Assembly: GCA_039586365.1 (NCBI GenBank) | Contig: JBDHKN010000040.1 | Location: 1 to 61,780 of the forward strand | Length of the DNA stretch: 61,780 nt | Direction of reading: 5' to 3' | Origin: Gemmatimonadota bacterium | Lineage (GTDB): Bacteria > Gemmatimonadota > Gemmatimonadetes > Gemmatimonadales > GWC2-71-9 | Shown: in pieces, positions 41,431-50,700 of the stretch | Layout of the letters: the number at the start of each line of letters is the position of its first letter | How positions within the stretch are numbered: the first letter of the stretch is position 1 | Notes under the pieces: model-generated | Databases searched by the model: none | Told to the model about the DNA's origin: nothing | What the model saw: the letters and a program-made list of their open reading frames with translations, nothing else | Program-made: the position numbers and the translations under genes

Positions 41431-42572
41431 CTACCAGACGATGGTGAGCGGGTTCTCGATCATTTGTTTGACCGTCTGAAGGAACCTAGCGCCAGTGGCT
41501 CCAGAGTGATCTCCCCATCCTGAGCAACCGGCTGCTGCCCAATGCTCCCAACCGCCAGAATCCCGGCTTCGGGGGGATTTATCACGGCTGTGAACTGATC
41601 GATGTCGAACATACCCAGGTTCGAAATTGAAAACGTCCCCCCAGTGTACTCATCCGGAGTGAGCTTGCGCTCGCGTGCTCGCTGAGCCAGTTCCTCGCTT
41701 TCTCTCGCTATCTCGCGCAGGGATTTGAGGTTTGCGTTGCGGATCACGGGTGTTATCAGGCCCTCGTCAATGGCGACCGCCATGCCGATGTGCACCTCTT
41801 TGAAATAGCGGATGTGGTCTTCTTGCCACCAGGCATTGCACTCGGGATGAAGTCGCAGGGCTTCGGCGACCACCTTGAGTATGATGTCGTTGAAGGATAT
41901 TCGCTGCTCTGCGTCAAGTGAGTTGAGGGCCGCCCGAGCTTCCCAGACACGCTCCATATCAATCTCTGAGGTCAGGAAGAAATGCGGTATTGGCCCGAGG
42001 GAGCTGGTGAGGCGCTTCGCTATGGTCTTGCGGAGTTGCGTGAGTTCCGTGTCGTTGAACGCTGGCTCGGCCAGTGCAGCGACATGCCTCGGGGCGGGTT
42101 CTGCAGTCTCCACATCGCGTACGATGATGCGGCCGCCGGGGCCAGAACCAGCGATCGTGCTCAGGTCAATGCGACGTTCTCTCGCCAGTCGCCGCGCCAA
42201 CGGTGATGATTTCACGCGGGCATCGACGATCAGCGGCGCGACCCCAGGGGTCGGTGCAGCTGGTTCCACCGCAGCCGCATCCGTACGGCCAGTGCCCAGA
42301 CCCGCTGTCGCTAGAGTATCGGAGATGTCGTCCTCGGGATCTGCGAGGATCCCGATCATTGAGCCGACCTCCACGGTAGAGCCCTCTGGAGCGAGGACCT
42401 TGCGGAGCACCCCTTCCCCCCGCGCTTGGAGTTCCATAATGGCCTTGTCGGTCTCGACCTCGGCGAGCACATCGCCGTGTGTGACGGAGTCACCCTCGCT
42501 CTTGTTCCAGGAGACTATTCGTCCCTCTTCCATCGTCGGAGAGAGTGCTTCCATGTAGACTTTGGTTACCAT
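41431..42572 (-). pseudogene. pdhC: Pyruvate dehydrogenase E2, disrupted by an internal deletion and frameshift near the 3' end
   Basis: ETDKA lipoyl domain, SPLARR, PHF, TFSISNLG intact; after GEIT the DHRxxD segment is missing and the tail GATGARFLQTVKQMIENPLTIVW* is in another frame. Confidence 0.85.
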
Positions 42573-42591
42573 ATCGATTCCACTGCGCGGC

Positions 42592-43575
42592 TCAGTCGCG
42601 GTAGGTTACCTGCTTGACCGCATCGAATACACGTTCGGGATTGGGTTTGGCCGACCTCTCCAGGCGCTTGTTGTAAGGAAGTGGTACGTCGGCCTGAGTG
42701 ACCCGCAAGATCGGTGCGTCGAGCAAGTCAAATGCATGAAACTGAACGTAATCAACCACCTGTGCACCGACTCCGCAGAACGGCCAGCCCTCCTCGACCA
42801 CCACACACCGGTTTGTTTTCTCTACACTTCGAATGACCGTTTCTATGTCGAGCGGTCGAATCGTGCGCAGGTCAACGATCTCTGCAGAGATATCGCACTC
42901 CTCTTCCAGGCGGTGCGCCGCCTTTTGCGCCACCTGCACCGTCTTGGCGTGACAGACGATAGTCACGTCTGACCCTTCCCGCTTCACATCGGCAACGCCG
43001 AGGGGAATAGTGTAGTCCTCTTCAGGCACCTCCCCCTTGGAGTTGTACATCATTTCGCCTTCCAGGAAGACGACGGGGTTATTGTCACGAATTGCAGTCT
43101 TTAGGAGCCCCTTGGCATCGTAGGGAGTGGCCGGGGCAACCACCTTCAACCCGGGTACATGAGAATACCAACTCTCGAAGGCCTGAGAGTGTTGGGCTGC
43201 GAGCTGGAGGGCGGCTCCGCCAGGTCCTCGGAATACGATAGGTATTGGAATCTGCCCACCCGACATGTATAGCATCTTGGCGGCCGAATTGACGATCTGG
43301 TCTATCGCCAGTAGGGCAAAGTTCCACGTCATGAACTCAATCACCGGCCTCAGACCAACCATGGCAGCGCCAATCCCCACACCCGCAAAGCCCAGTTCCG
43401 TGATCGGTGTGTCGACGACTCGCTTCTCGCTGAATTCGTCGAGCAAACCGCGGCTGACCTTGTATGCCCCTTGATAGACCCCGACTTCTTCGCCCATCAG
43501 AAACACGGTGGGGTCCCGCTGCATCTCTTCCTTCAGGGCGTGATTCAGCGCATCACGATAGGTGATTGTCGGCAT
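42592..43575 (-). CDS. pdhB: Pyruvate dehydrogenase E1 beta
   Basis: MGEEV; DTPITE; EFMTWNF; AQHSQ; DLRTIRPLD. Confidence 0.96.
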   Translation of the reverse strand: MPTITYRDALNHALKEEMQRDPTVFLMGEEVGVYQGAYKVSRGLLDEFSEKRVVDTPITELGFAGVGIGAAMVGLRPVIEFMTWNFALLAIDQIVNSAAKMLYMSGGQIPIPIVFRGPGGAALQLAAQHSQAFESWYSHVPGLKVVAPATPYDAKGLLKTAIRDNNPVVFLEGEMMYNSKGEVPEEDYTIPLGVADVKREGSDVTIVCHAKTVQVAQKAAHRLEEECDISAEIVDLRTIRPLDIETVIRSVEKTNRCVVVEEGWPFCGVGAQVVDYVQFHAFDLLDAPILRVTQADVPLPYNKRLERSAKPNPERVFDAVKQVTYRD

Positions 43576-43576
43576 C

Positions 43577-44578
43577 TCACTCCCAGTATACGTCGGTGTA
43601 GAGTTCGTATGGATCCGGCTCAGCGCTCTCCTCGGCAAACGCTACTGCGTCATCGAGTTCTTCTCTGATCTCGCGCTCTATCTCCTGGTACTCCTCATGC
43701 GTGACTAGCCCTTCCGTCTCCAGTCTCTCCTGAAACATGTGTAACGGGTCCCTCTGTTTTTGTTCATCGATCTCTTCCTTGGCACGGTAGTGTCCATGGA
43801 TCGGATCGGACATAGAGTGTCCCATGAACCGGTACGTGCGGGCTTCGAGCAAGGTAGGGAGACTGTGTTCCCGAGCCCGTCTCGCGGCCCTTTCGGTTGC
43901 CTCATGCATCGCGAGTACGTCCATGCCATCGACCATCTCTTGATCCATGTCATATGAACAGGCGCGAGTCGCGACGTCGTAGACGGCGGACGCGCGTTCC
44001 GTCGCCGTTCCCATCCCGTAGCGGTTGTTCTCGGCAATGAATATCGCCGGAAGCTTCCAGACCGCGGCCATGTTCAGTGCCTCATGAAACGCACCGTTGT
44101 TAACCGCTGCCTCACCGAAGAAGCCGACCGCCACCTTGTCCTGCTCCAAGTACTTGATGGCAAACGCGGCCCCTGCTACCAGCGGGATGTGTCCCCCTAC
44201 GATTGCGTGCCCGCCAAGGTACTTGTGCTCGACACTGAAGAGGTGCATGGAGCCACCCTTCCCCCGCGAGCAGCCCGTTACCTTGCCGTACAACTCGGCC
44301 ATTACTTCACGTGATGACATGCCGCGTGCGAGTGCATGTCCGTGGTCGCGGTAGCTGCCCATCACATAGTCGTCGTCGCGCAACGCCGCAATTGTACCGA
44401 CGGCCACAGCTTCCTGCCCGATATAGAGATGGCAGAAGCCGCCGATCTTTCCGAGCGCGTACGATTCACCGGCACGTTCCTCGAACCGGCGGATCAGGCA
44501 TAGTTGTCGTAATAAGCGCCGGTAGAATACTGCCTGATCGGGATTGAGCCCGGAAGCCGTAGCTGGTTGCACCATCAA
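43577..44578 (-). CDS. pdhA: Pyruvate dehydrogenase E1 alpha
   Basis: GFCHLYIGQEA; GKGGSMH; ENNRY; TYRFMGHSMSDP. Confidence 0.96.
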   Translation of the reverse strand: MMVQPATASGLNPDQAVFYRRLLRQLCLIRRFEERAGESYALGKIGGFCHLYIGQEAVAVGTIAALRDDDYVMGSYRDHGHALARGMSSREVMAELYGKVTGCSRGKGGSMHLFSVEHKYLGGHAIVGGHIPLVAGAAFAIKYLEQDKVAVGFFGEAAVNNGAFHEALNMAAVWKLPAIFIAENNRYGMGTATERASAVYDVATRACSYDMDQEMVDGMDVLAMHEATERAARRAREHSLPTLLEARTYRFMGHSMSDPIHGHYRAKEEIDEQKQRDPLHMFQERLETEGLVTHEEYQEIEREIREELDDAVAFAEESAEPDPYELYTDVYWE

Positions 44579-44594
44579 ATCTCTCCTGGGGGGT

Positions 44595-45506
44595 TCAGAT
44601 CGCCGCGGCTGCCCGTTTCGCTTGGTCCCAAGCGTGATAGGACGATCTCACGAGGGGCCCCGACTCGACGTGCCGGAAACCCATCGCCAATCCCTCGTTC
44701 CTCAATAGCGAGAACTCGCCTGGTGTGTAGTAGCGCGCCACGGCGAGATGACTGCCGGATGGACGGAGGTACTGACCCAGCGTGAGTATGTCCACATCGG
44801 CACTGCGCAGTGCCCGCATGGCACCCAGCAGTTCTTCCCACTCTTCGCCAAGTCCGCACATCAGACCCGACTTGGTAACTTGCTCGGGCCGAATCTCTTT
44901 GGCCCGCCGCAACAGCCGAAGGGCCCGATGATAGCGACCACCTGGGCGCGCGATGGGGTAGAGTCGCTCGACTGTCTCGAGATTGTGGTTGAGTATATCG
45001 GGTACGGTCTCCAACACGATTCCCAAGGCAACATCCGATCCCTGGAAATCCGGGATCAATACCTCTACTGATGCTGCGGGCAGCCGTGTGCGGATCTCGG
45101 CAACACACCCAGCGAAGATCTCGGCACCTCCGTTGGGAAGGTCGTCGCGGTCCACGCTCGTGATCACGACGTGCTCGAGACCCATCTGAGCTACCGCATC
45201 GGCGAGTCTTGCTGGTTCCTCAGGGTCGTAGGCGGGTGGCGTACCGTGGGCAACTGCGCAGTAGGCGCAATTGCGAGTGCAGACGTCGCCCAGAATCATG
45301 AAAGTGGCCGCCCGATGGCTCCAGCATTCGCCAACGTTGGGACAATGCGCCTCTTCACAGACGGTGTGGAGCCGCAATTCCCGCATGAGATGCTTGACTT
45401 CAGCATAGTCGGCCCCTCCGGGGGCTTTCACCTTAAGCCAAGCCGGCTTGCGCTCGAAGTGGGGCGCAGACGGAGCTGTGTGCGACGTCAACTGGACCGG
45501 TTCCAT
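44595..45506 (-). CDS. lipA: Lipoyl synthase
   Basis: CEEAHCPNVGEC; CTRNCAYC; RSSYHA. Confidence 0.97.
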   Translation of the reverse strand: MEPVQLTSHTAPSAPHFERKPAWLKVKAPGGADYAEVKHLMRELRLHTVCEEAHCPNVGECWSHRAATFMILGDVCTRNCAYCAVAHGTPPAYDPEEPARLADAVAQMGLEHVVITSVDRDDLPNGGAEIFAGCVAEIRTRLPAASVEVLIPDFQGSDVALGIVLETVPDILNHNLETVERLYPIARPGGRYHRALRLLRRAKEIRPEQVTKSGLMCGLGEEWEELLGAMRALRSADVDILTLGQYLRPSGSHLAVARYYTPGEFSLLRNEGLAMGFRHVESGPLVRSSYHAWDQAKRAAAAI

Positions 45507-45603
45507 AGGGGTGGAAACATAGTCACGGCCGGAAGGCTAAACCAGCGGTGGCGGGATCTGTTTCAACCAGATGGTTGAATTGGGGTGTCAAACCAGCTTG
45601 GGC

Positions 45604-46713
45604 CTACCAGCTCCAGAACCTGCCCGGCTCAACGCAGCTGAGATCGTGCTCGGGTGGTTGGTCCGAGTGGAGCTGAGCCACTAGCTCGCCGGTATATCCC
45701 GCCAGGAGTATTCCGTTTCTGCCGTGCCCGGTAGCGTAGCATAACCCTGAAACGTACGGATCTGGTCCAATGAGTGGTCGTCCGTCGGGGGTTTGAGGCC
45801 GCAAGCCAGCCCACTGCCGTTTGATAGAGGCCCCCTCGAAAGCGGGACAGATGCGGGAGGCGCACTGCTGGATCTTGCGTATCCCGTGTTCGGTTACCGA
45901 GTCATCAAAGCCGACGTGCTCCATAGTTGAGCCCACTATTACCTCGTCCCTGCGTTGCAACAGGTATCCCCCTCCGCCGTAGATCACGGTGCGTGGTTCC
46001 GTGGGAGGCTGGTCGAGCGCAGCAAGCTGACCGCGGATGGGTTCTACCGTTAGCGGGCGGGGAAGGCCCAGGAGCTGACCGGACCACGCCCCGGCGGCTA
46101 CCACGACAGCACCCGTCGACCTCTTCTCTACCGAGGTCCTGACGCCTGTGACACGATCCTCCTCTACCAATAGCTCCAGAGCCTCCTCATCAGGAACGAG
46201 TACGGCCCCCCTGATTGCGGCGCTCTTGTTCAGGGCGTCGAGCAGCTCAAGCGGTCTCAGCGCCCCGTCTTCCGCTGCGAAGGCTGCTCCCAGCAGGTCC
46301 GGAGCTGCTCCGGGAACCCGTGCCCTCACCTCCTCAGCTGAGAGCCACTCAGAGGTGAATCCACTCTGGCGTTGCCAGGCGACCTCACTGCGGATGCTGG
46401 CGACCTCTTCCTCCGTGAAGGCGACCTGAAAGATGCCGTTGGTCCACAGCCCTATGTCGATGCCGGTCTCCTCCTGGAGTTCAGGCACGATCTCCAGGTA
46501 GAAATCGCGAGCCCTGACAGATAGGCCTAGCATTGGGTCTCCGGCAGCGGCCTCAGCAAGGGGAGCCAACATGCCGGCAGCGGCCAGAGACGCGGCACCA
46601 CGCTTGGGACCTGCCTCCAGAACCGTGACGGAGCGTCCAGCACAAGCCAAGGCGCGGGCACAGGCTGCGCCGACCACACCACCACCAACTACAATCACGT
46701 CAGGATGGGGCAT
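45604..46713 (-). CDS. thiO: Glycine oxidase ThiO / DAO family
   Basis: GGGVVG; ASLAAAGML; AGLRP; GHGRNGILL. Confidence 0.85.
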   Translation of the reverse strand: MPHPDVIVVGGGVVGAACARALACAGRSVTVLEAGPKRGAASLAAAGMLAPLAEAAAGDPMLGLSVRARDFYLEIVPELQEETGIDIGLWTNGIFQVAFTEEEVASIRSEVAWQRQSGFTSEWLSAEEVRARVPGAAPDLLGAAFAAEDGALRPLELLDALNKSAAIRGAVLVPDEEALELLVEEDRVTGVRTSVEKRSTGAVVVAAGAWSGQLLGLPRPLTVEPIRGQLAALDQPPTEPRTVIYGGGGYLLQRRDEVIVGSTMEHVGFDDSVTEHGIRKIQQCASRICPAFEGASIKRQWAGLRPQTPDGRPLIGPDPYVSGLCYATGHGRNGILLAGYTGELVAQLHSDQPPEHDLSCVEPGRFWSW

Positions 46714-46790
46714 GCTGTACCTACCTGTTCATGAAACCTGCTGAAACATACGCTCGTAAATACTGTCAGAAAGTATAGCTGGAGAGAACA

Positions 46791-47012
46791 ATGGTCCGCA
46801 CGTTGGTTGGGTACTCGGTCCTGGCTGTAATCGGCCTATTGGCTTTGAAGCTGGTTTTGTGGCTGCTGGGTGCTGCTTTTTCTCTCGTGATGTCGCTACT
46901 TTGGCTTGCCGCCATCGGGTTGCTCCTCTACTACGCGCTGAGGATTCTCAGTCCCGATACCGCAGATCGCTTGAAAGAAGCGATTAGGGGGAAACGCGAC
47001 CCCAATGACTGA
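46791..47012 (+). CDS. Small membrane protein
   Basis: GGAG RBS; two hydrophobic helices. Confidence 0.75.
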   Translation: MVRTLVGYSVLAVIGLLALKLVLWLLGAAFSLVMSLLWLAAIGLLLYYALRILSPDTADRLKEAIRGKRDPND

Positions 47013-47048
47013 CCTGTGACGTGAGTTGGTTTCCGCGGCCGGGTCCCC

Positions 47049-47861
47049 CTAGGGGGACCCGTTCTCGTGTGAGCCTTCTGTTTCGGTGGGGCGCAGCAAC
47101 ATGTCCTCGGGCGGCGAGTCCACGATGCTCTTAAGCCGCAAGGTGATTGTGGCAAAAGAGAACTTGACCTTTAGCTGGATCATGAGGCGGCTCTCGTCGT
47201 CGCTGATCCACATCCGGGCTTCCTTGCCTTCCGCCAGAATACCACGGCCCTGAATAACAGGGTGAACAACAACGCTAGGGAACCGGCCCGCCGGGAGATC
47301 GAGGGTATCCTTCTCCAGCACGTCCAGTACCACGGGATTCCTATCGGGCCGGAAGTAGCGGTCGAACTCGTAGGTTTGACCTACTTCGTAATCCAGGGTC
47401 CTCGCGAAATAGAAGAACGCGTAGTCGTCGAGTGGATCTGGTGAAGTCGCGATGGTCGAATCCGCGCCTTCCTCTCGGTAATACCCCGAGTCCGGGTAGA
47501 TATCCCACGCCGTGTAGCGATGACTGCTCCCTTCGTGGAAATCCTGAACGAAGCGCCTTGACACGAAATCGTCGATGCCGATCCACGAGTCCATGCGATC
47601 GTGCATCGGATACATGAAACCGCCACCTTTGAGCACGAAGATGACATGGAGAGAGGGTACGCCACGCACCGTGTCTATGCCCGCCACGTGCATCATACCG
47701 CTGCCCAGGGTCAGGAACCCAAATTTGGCTTCGTACACCAACGTCTCACCGATCTTGAATCCGGCTACATTGCTCGTTGTTTGCGCTGAATCTGTCTGCG
47801 AGTGTAACGGCGCACCAAACAAGGCCGCAGCCAGTAGTATCGCGTCAATTCGCATCGTCAA
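47049..47861 (-). CDS. Exported protein, DUF3108-like
   Basis: Signal peptide; GETLVY; LPAGRF; WISDD. Confidence 0.7.
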   Translation of the reverse strand: MTMRIDAILLAAALFGAPLHSQTDSAQTTSNVAGFKIGETLVYEAKFGFLTLGSGMMHVAGIDTVRGVPSLHVIFVLKGGGFMYPMHDRMDSWIGIDDFVSRRFVQDFHEGSSHRYTAWDIYPDSGYYREEGADSTIATSPDPLDDYAFFYFARTLDYEVGQTYEFDRYFRPDRNPVVLDVLEKDTLDLPAGRFPSVVVHPVIQGRGILAEGKEARMWISDDESRLMIQLKVKFSFATITLRLKSIVDSPPEDMLLRPTETEGSHENGSP

Positions 47862-48607
47862 GCTCGATTAACGGGAGTTTGGGCAGCAGGGATCTGAAGC
47901 GTGCGGCTCGCCCGCAGTAGACTTGCGGCCAATGGGATCGGCCGCTCCTTTCGTGGCCGCGTGCCATCGGGTGTATTGGCTGTGATTGATACCACTGCGA
48001 TCTGACGTGCCGACACTGCTGTCCGCGCCACCAACTCAGCATTGGCGCAGCGCCCCTCAGTTCGCAACAGTGGGCTGGAACGGCTCCGCAGACAACTCTT
48101 CAGCGTAATGAGGCGAAACGCATAGACACCGGACAATACGTCACGGAATCCTCTCAGCTGCAATCCGGGTTTGAGCAGCCAGGGCGCTGAACGCCGCACC
48201 AGGCGCATGCCGGTGGATACCGGCTCGTCTGCCGGTTCGCCGACGACGACGTCGGCACCAGACTCGATGCGTTTGACGAGAACCGGCAACACGACCGGAG
48301 ATATCGAGAAGTCCGCGGGAAGGGTCACCACGCAGTCACGCCTCGGTCTGTCAGTCCGCTCCAGAGCCTGTCGCAGTAAACCCTCCACGCAGGCAGCGTA
48401 TCCGCGGGGTTGCTCATGCCGCGTTACAGTTGCCGGCAAGGTCCTCTGGTAGGCTTCGAGAACCTCGCTGGATTCATCGGAGGACGCGTCATCGGCTACC
48501 AGCAAGTGGTATTCGCGCCGGAACTCCTCGAACACCTGCCGGAGCTTCCACAAGATGAGTCCCACTGTGGCTGCATCATTCTTGGCGGCGATGCAAACGT
48601 AGATCAT
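47858..48607 (-). CDS. Glycosyltransferase family 2 protein (divergent)
   Basis: VADDASSD; SGADVV. Confidence 0.7.
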   Translation of the reverse strand: MIYVCIAAKNDAATVGLILWKLRQVFEEFRREYHLLVADDASSDESSEVLEAYQRTLPATVTRHEQPRGYAACVEGLLRQALERTDRPRRDCVVTLPADFSISPVVLPVLVKRIESGADVVVGEPADEPVSTGMRLVRRSAPWLLKPGLQLRGFRDVLSGVYAFRLITLKSCLRSRSSPLLRTEGRCANAELVARTAVSARQIAVVSITANTPDGTRPRKERPIPLAASLLRASRTLQIPAAQTPVNRA

Positions 48608-48887
48608 AAGTTGTTGTCTCTTCGTCCCTTCCGGTGTCCGCCTCCAATATCATACCCCAAACTGCATCTCACGGTACCGCAATATAGAAGGTGCATCTGG
48701 AACCTGCGCGGCATTCAACTACCGGTGTCACCGCGACCTCGACAGCGGTTACTCGGCGGGGAAGTCCGTCCGGAGGTGTCCACAAGCGTATCCGGGTGTG
48801 CTGCTTTCTGGGCGAGCCGCTCCAAATCTGAGCCGCAGCAGCGACCGGAGACGCCAACGTAGTCGGAAGAAGCGGGTCAGGACTCGG

Positions 48888-49376
48888 CTAGTTGGCCAGT
48901 GTGTCGATCGGCCCGAACAGCGGGCACCTCTCGCTACTCACTGAACTCCAAGGCACACGTAGACCGTAGAGTGGCAGAGTGTTCGAAGTACCGGATATGG
49001 AACCGAGTAGTGGCAAGCCGAGTGGAGCCTCAGTTTCGTAGATCAGCACACCTTGGAAGATCTCGAGCGAGTCCTCGAACAATAGCAGACCGAATCCAGG
49101 GATTCGTGGGAACCCGTCGCCCTCATATCCCAGGATCAAGCCGTCAGGACCGACGCCGGCCAGCGCTCGAGCGGTGCCGTACCCGACAACTCGGGCCGGT
49201 ACCGCGCCATCGACCCCCGACGGTACGTCGCGCAGTACCTTGCCCGGCATTCCGAACTGCTCGAGTACCATAGCAGCACCCGCCATTGCCGAGATACCGC
49301 ACACGGGGTTGTTTTCAGGGTTACCGGCTTCGCAGCTCAGCAGGGTGAGCGGAAGGAACAGTAGGGCGCGATTCAT
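48888..49376 (-). CDS. Hypothetical lipoprotein
   Basis: MNRALLFLPLTLLSC lipobox. Confidence 0.7.
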   Translation of the reverse strand: MNRALLFLPLTLLSCEAGNPENNPVCGISAMAGAAMVLEQFGMPGKVLRDVPSGVDGAVPARVVGYGTARALAGVGPDGLILGYEGDGFPRIPGFGLLLFEDSLEIFQGVLIYETEAPLGLPLLGSISGTSNTLPLYGLRVPWSSVSSERCPLFGPIDTLAN

Positions 49377-49583
49377 ACTGGTAAACCTACGTTACGGGAG
49401 CCTGCTCTACCACCCTCAGGGGGCCGAGCCTGCTCCTCGGGCAGGCACATCAGCAGGCTCGGTCGATCGCGGACCTCATCCAGCCTTCATGCCATGAGTT
49501 GGCTCGCTTGACCGGCTCCTGGAGGCGGCGTATCGTTTTTGTGTCCGCTCGCAACAACACGCATTGAACGAGAGGTCCCATAC

Positions 49584-49748
49584 ATGCCGACGTATGAGTA
49601 CAAATGCACGAACTGCAACAAGCACTTCGTTGTGGTGGAGTCGATCTCACGGCACGGAAGCAGGCGCCCCACTTGTCCCAAGTGCAAATCGAGGAAGATT
49701 ACGCAACTGCTTGGGCCTTTTTTCGCCAAGACCTCCAAGAAGAGCTGA
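49584..49748 (+). CDS. FmdB-family zinc-ribbon protein
   Basis: MPTYEYKCTNC...CPKC; GAGG RBS. Confidence 0.88.
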   Translation: MPTYEYKCTNCNKHFVVVESISRHGSRRPTCPKCKSRKITQLLGPFFAKTSKKS

Positions 49749-50293
49749 TGTTCGAACGCCTCCGGGACGCTATCAACTCAGCACTTGATGCCGCTACCAA
49801 GCCCACCGATGGGCGGGAATTGGTATCCGGGATGCGGGATGCGGTAATTGAGGCCCGGGCGGGCCTGGAGGCGATGCGTGAGGGAGTCGACAAGACCGAA
49901 AAGCAACTGATTGTTGAGCGCCGTCGTCTGGCGGATGCGGAGCGACGAGGTAGCATGGCGGTGGGGATCGGTGATCAAGAGACGGTGGAGGTGGCTGAGC
50001 TATTTGCCACGAAACACCGCGAGAGGGTGGAGGTGCTCAAAGGGAAGCTGGAGGCGCAGCACGCCGAGTTGGCGCTGGCCGAGCGGGAATTGGAGGCGAT
50101 GAAAGCGCAACTCAAGAAGGCTGCCGGATCGAGTCAGGTTGACTCGGCGTGGCGTGAGATAGAGGCGGCCGGAGGTGTGCATCCCGCGACCGATGTGCAC
50201 GACGAGTTGCTGCGCTCGCAGCTTGACCGTGCCGCGCGCGAGGCGGAAGCCGAGGCAAGACTCAACGCCCTTAAGAAGAAGATGGGTAGATAG
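49748..50293 (+). CDS. PspA/IM30-like coiled-coil protein
   Basis: MFERL start; long coiled coil; C-terminal RLNALKKKMG; TGATG coupling. Confidence 0.6.
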   Translation: MFERLRDAINSALDAATKPTDGRELVSGMRDAVIEARAGLEAMREGVDKTEKQLIVERRRLADAERRGSMAVGIGDQETVEVAELFATKHRERVEVLKGKLEAQHAELALAERELEAMKAQLKKAAGSSQVDSAWREIEAAGGVHPATDVHDELLRSQLDRAAREAEAEARLNALKKKMGR

Positions 50294-50304
50294 GGGAGGT
50301 TAGC

Positions 50305-50700
50305 ATGGAGATAAAGCCTGACAGGATGGTGTCGCTCGGATACGGCAAGTACTGGCGCTCGGATTCGATCGTTGGATTGACACCGATAGAGGAAAACCGT
50401 GGCCCTGGACGTCGCACTGAGGTCTACACTGCAACGCTCGACGATCCTATCGTGGCCTCGCGCAGCGAGCGAGCAATCCTCCACGACATGGCGGTAGCCA
50501 GCGACGAACGTTTTCGCGTGCAGGAAGCACGCGAGATAATCACCGACCTACTCGACGCGCTCGACGACATCCCCGACGTTCTGGCGCGTGTGCTCTCAGC
50601 GGAGGCGCGTTTTGAAGTGTCGGACTGGCGCTCCCGCCTGCAGACCTTCATCCGATTCGAGAGCGTGGAGTCGGGCGAACAGAACGACCTGTTCGGCTAG
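50305..50700 (+). CDS. Hypothetical protein, weak RemA/DUF370-like N-terminus
   Basis: GGAGGT RBS; VSLGYG...IVG...GRRT pattern. Confidence 0.65.
   Translation: MEIKPDRMVSLGYGKYWRSDSIVGLTPIEENRGPGRRTEVYTATLDDPIVASRSERAILHDMAVASDERFRVQEAREIITDLLDALDDIPDVLARVLSAEARFEVSDWRSRLQTFIRFESVESGEQNDLFG

Noticed and set aside
41460..41510. Programmed frameshift rescuing pdhC
   Set aside because: No frame holds the full DHRxxD segment (the tail frame reads DHSGATG) and there is no slippery site; sequence is missing, not just shifted
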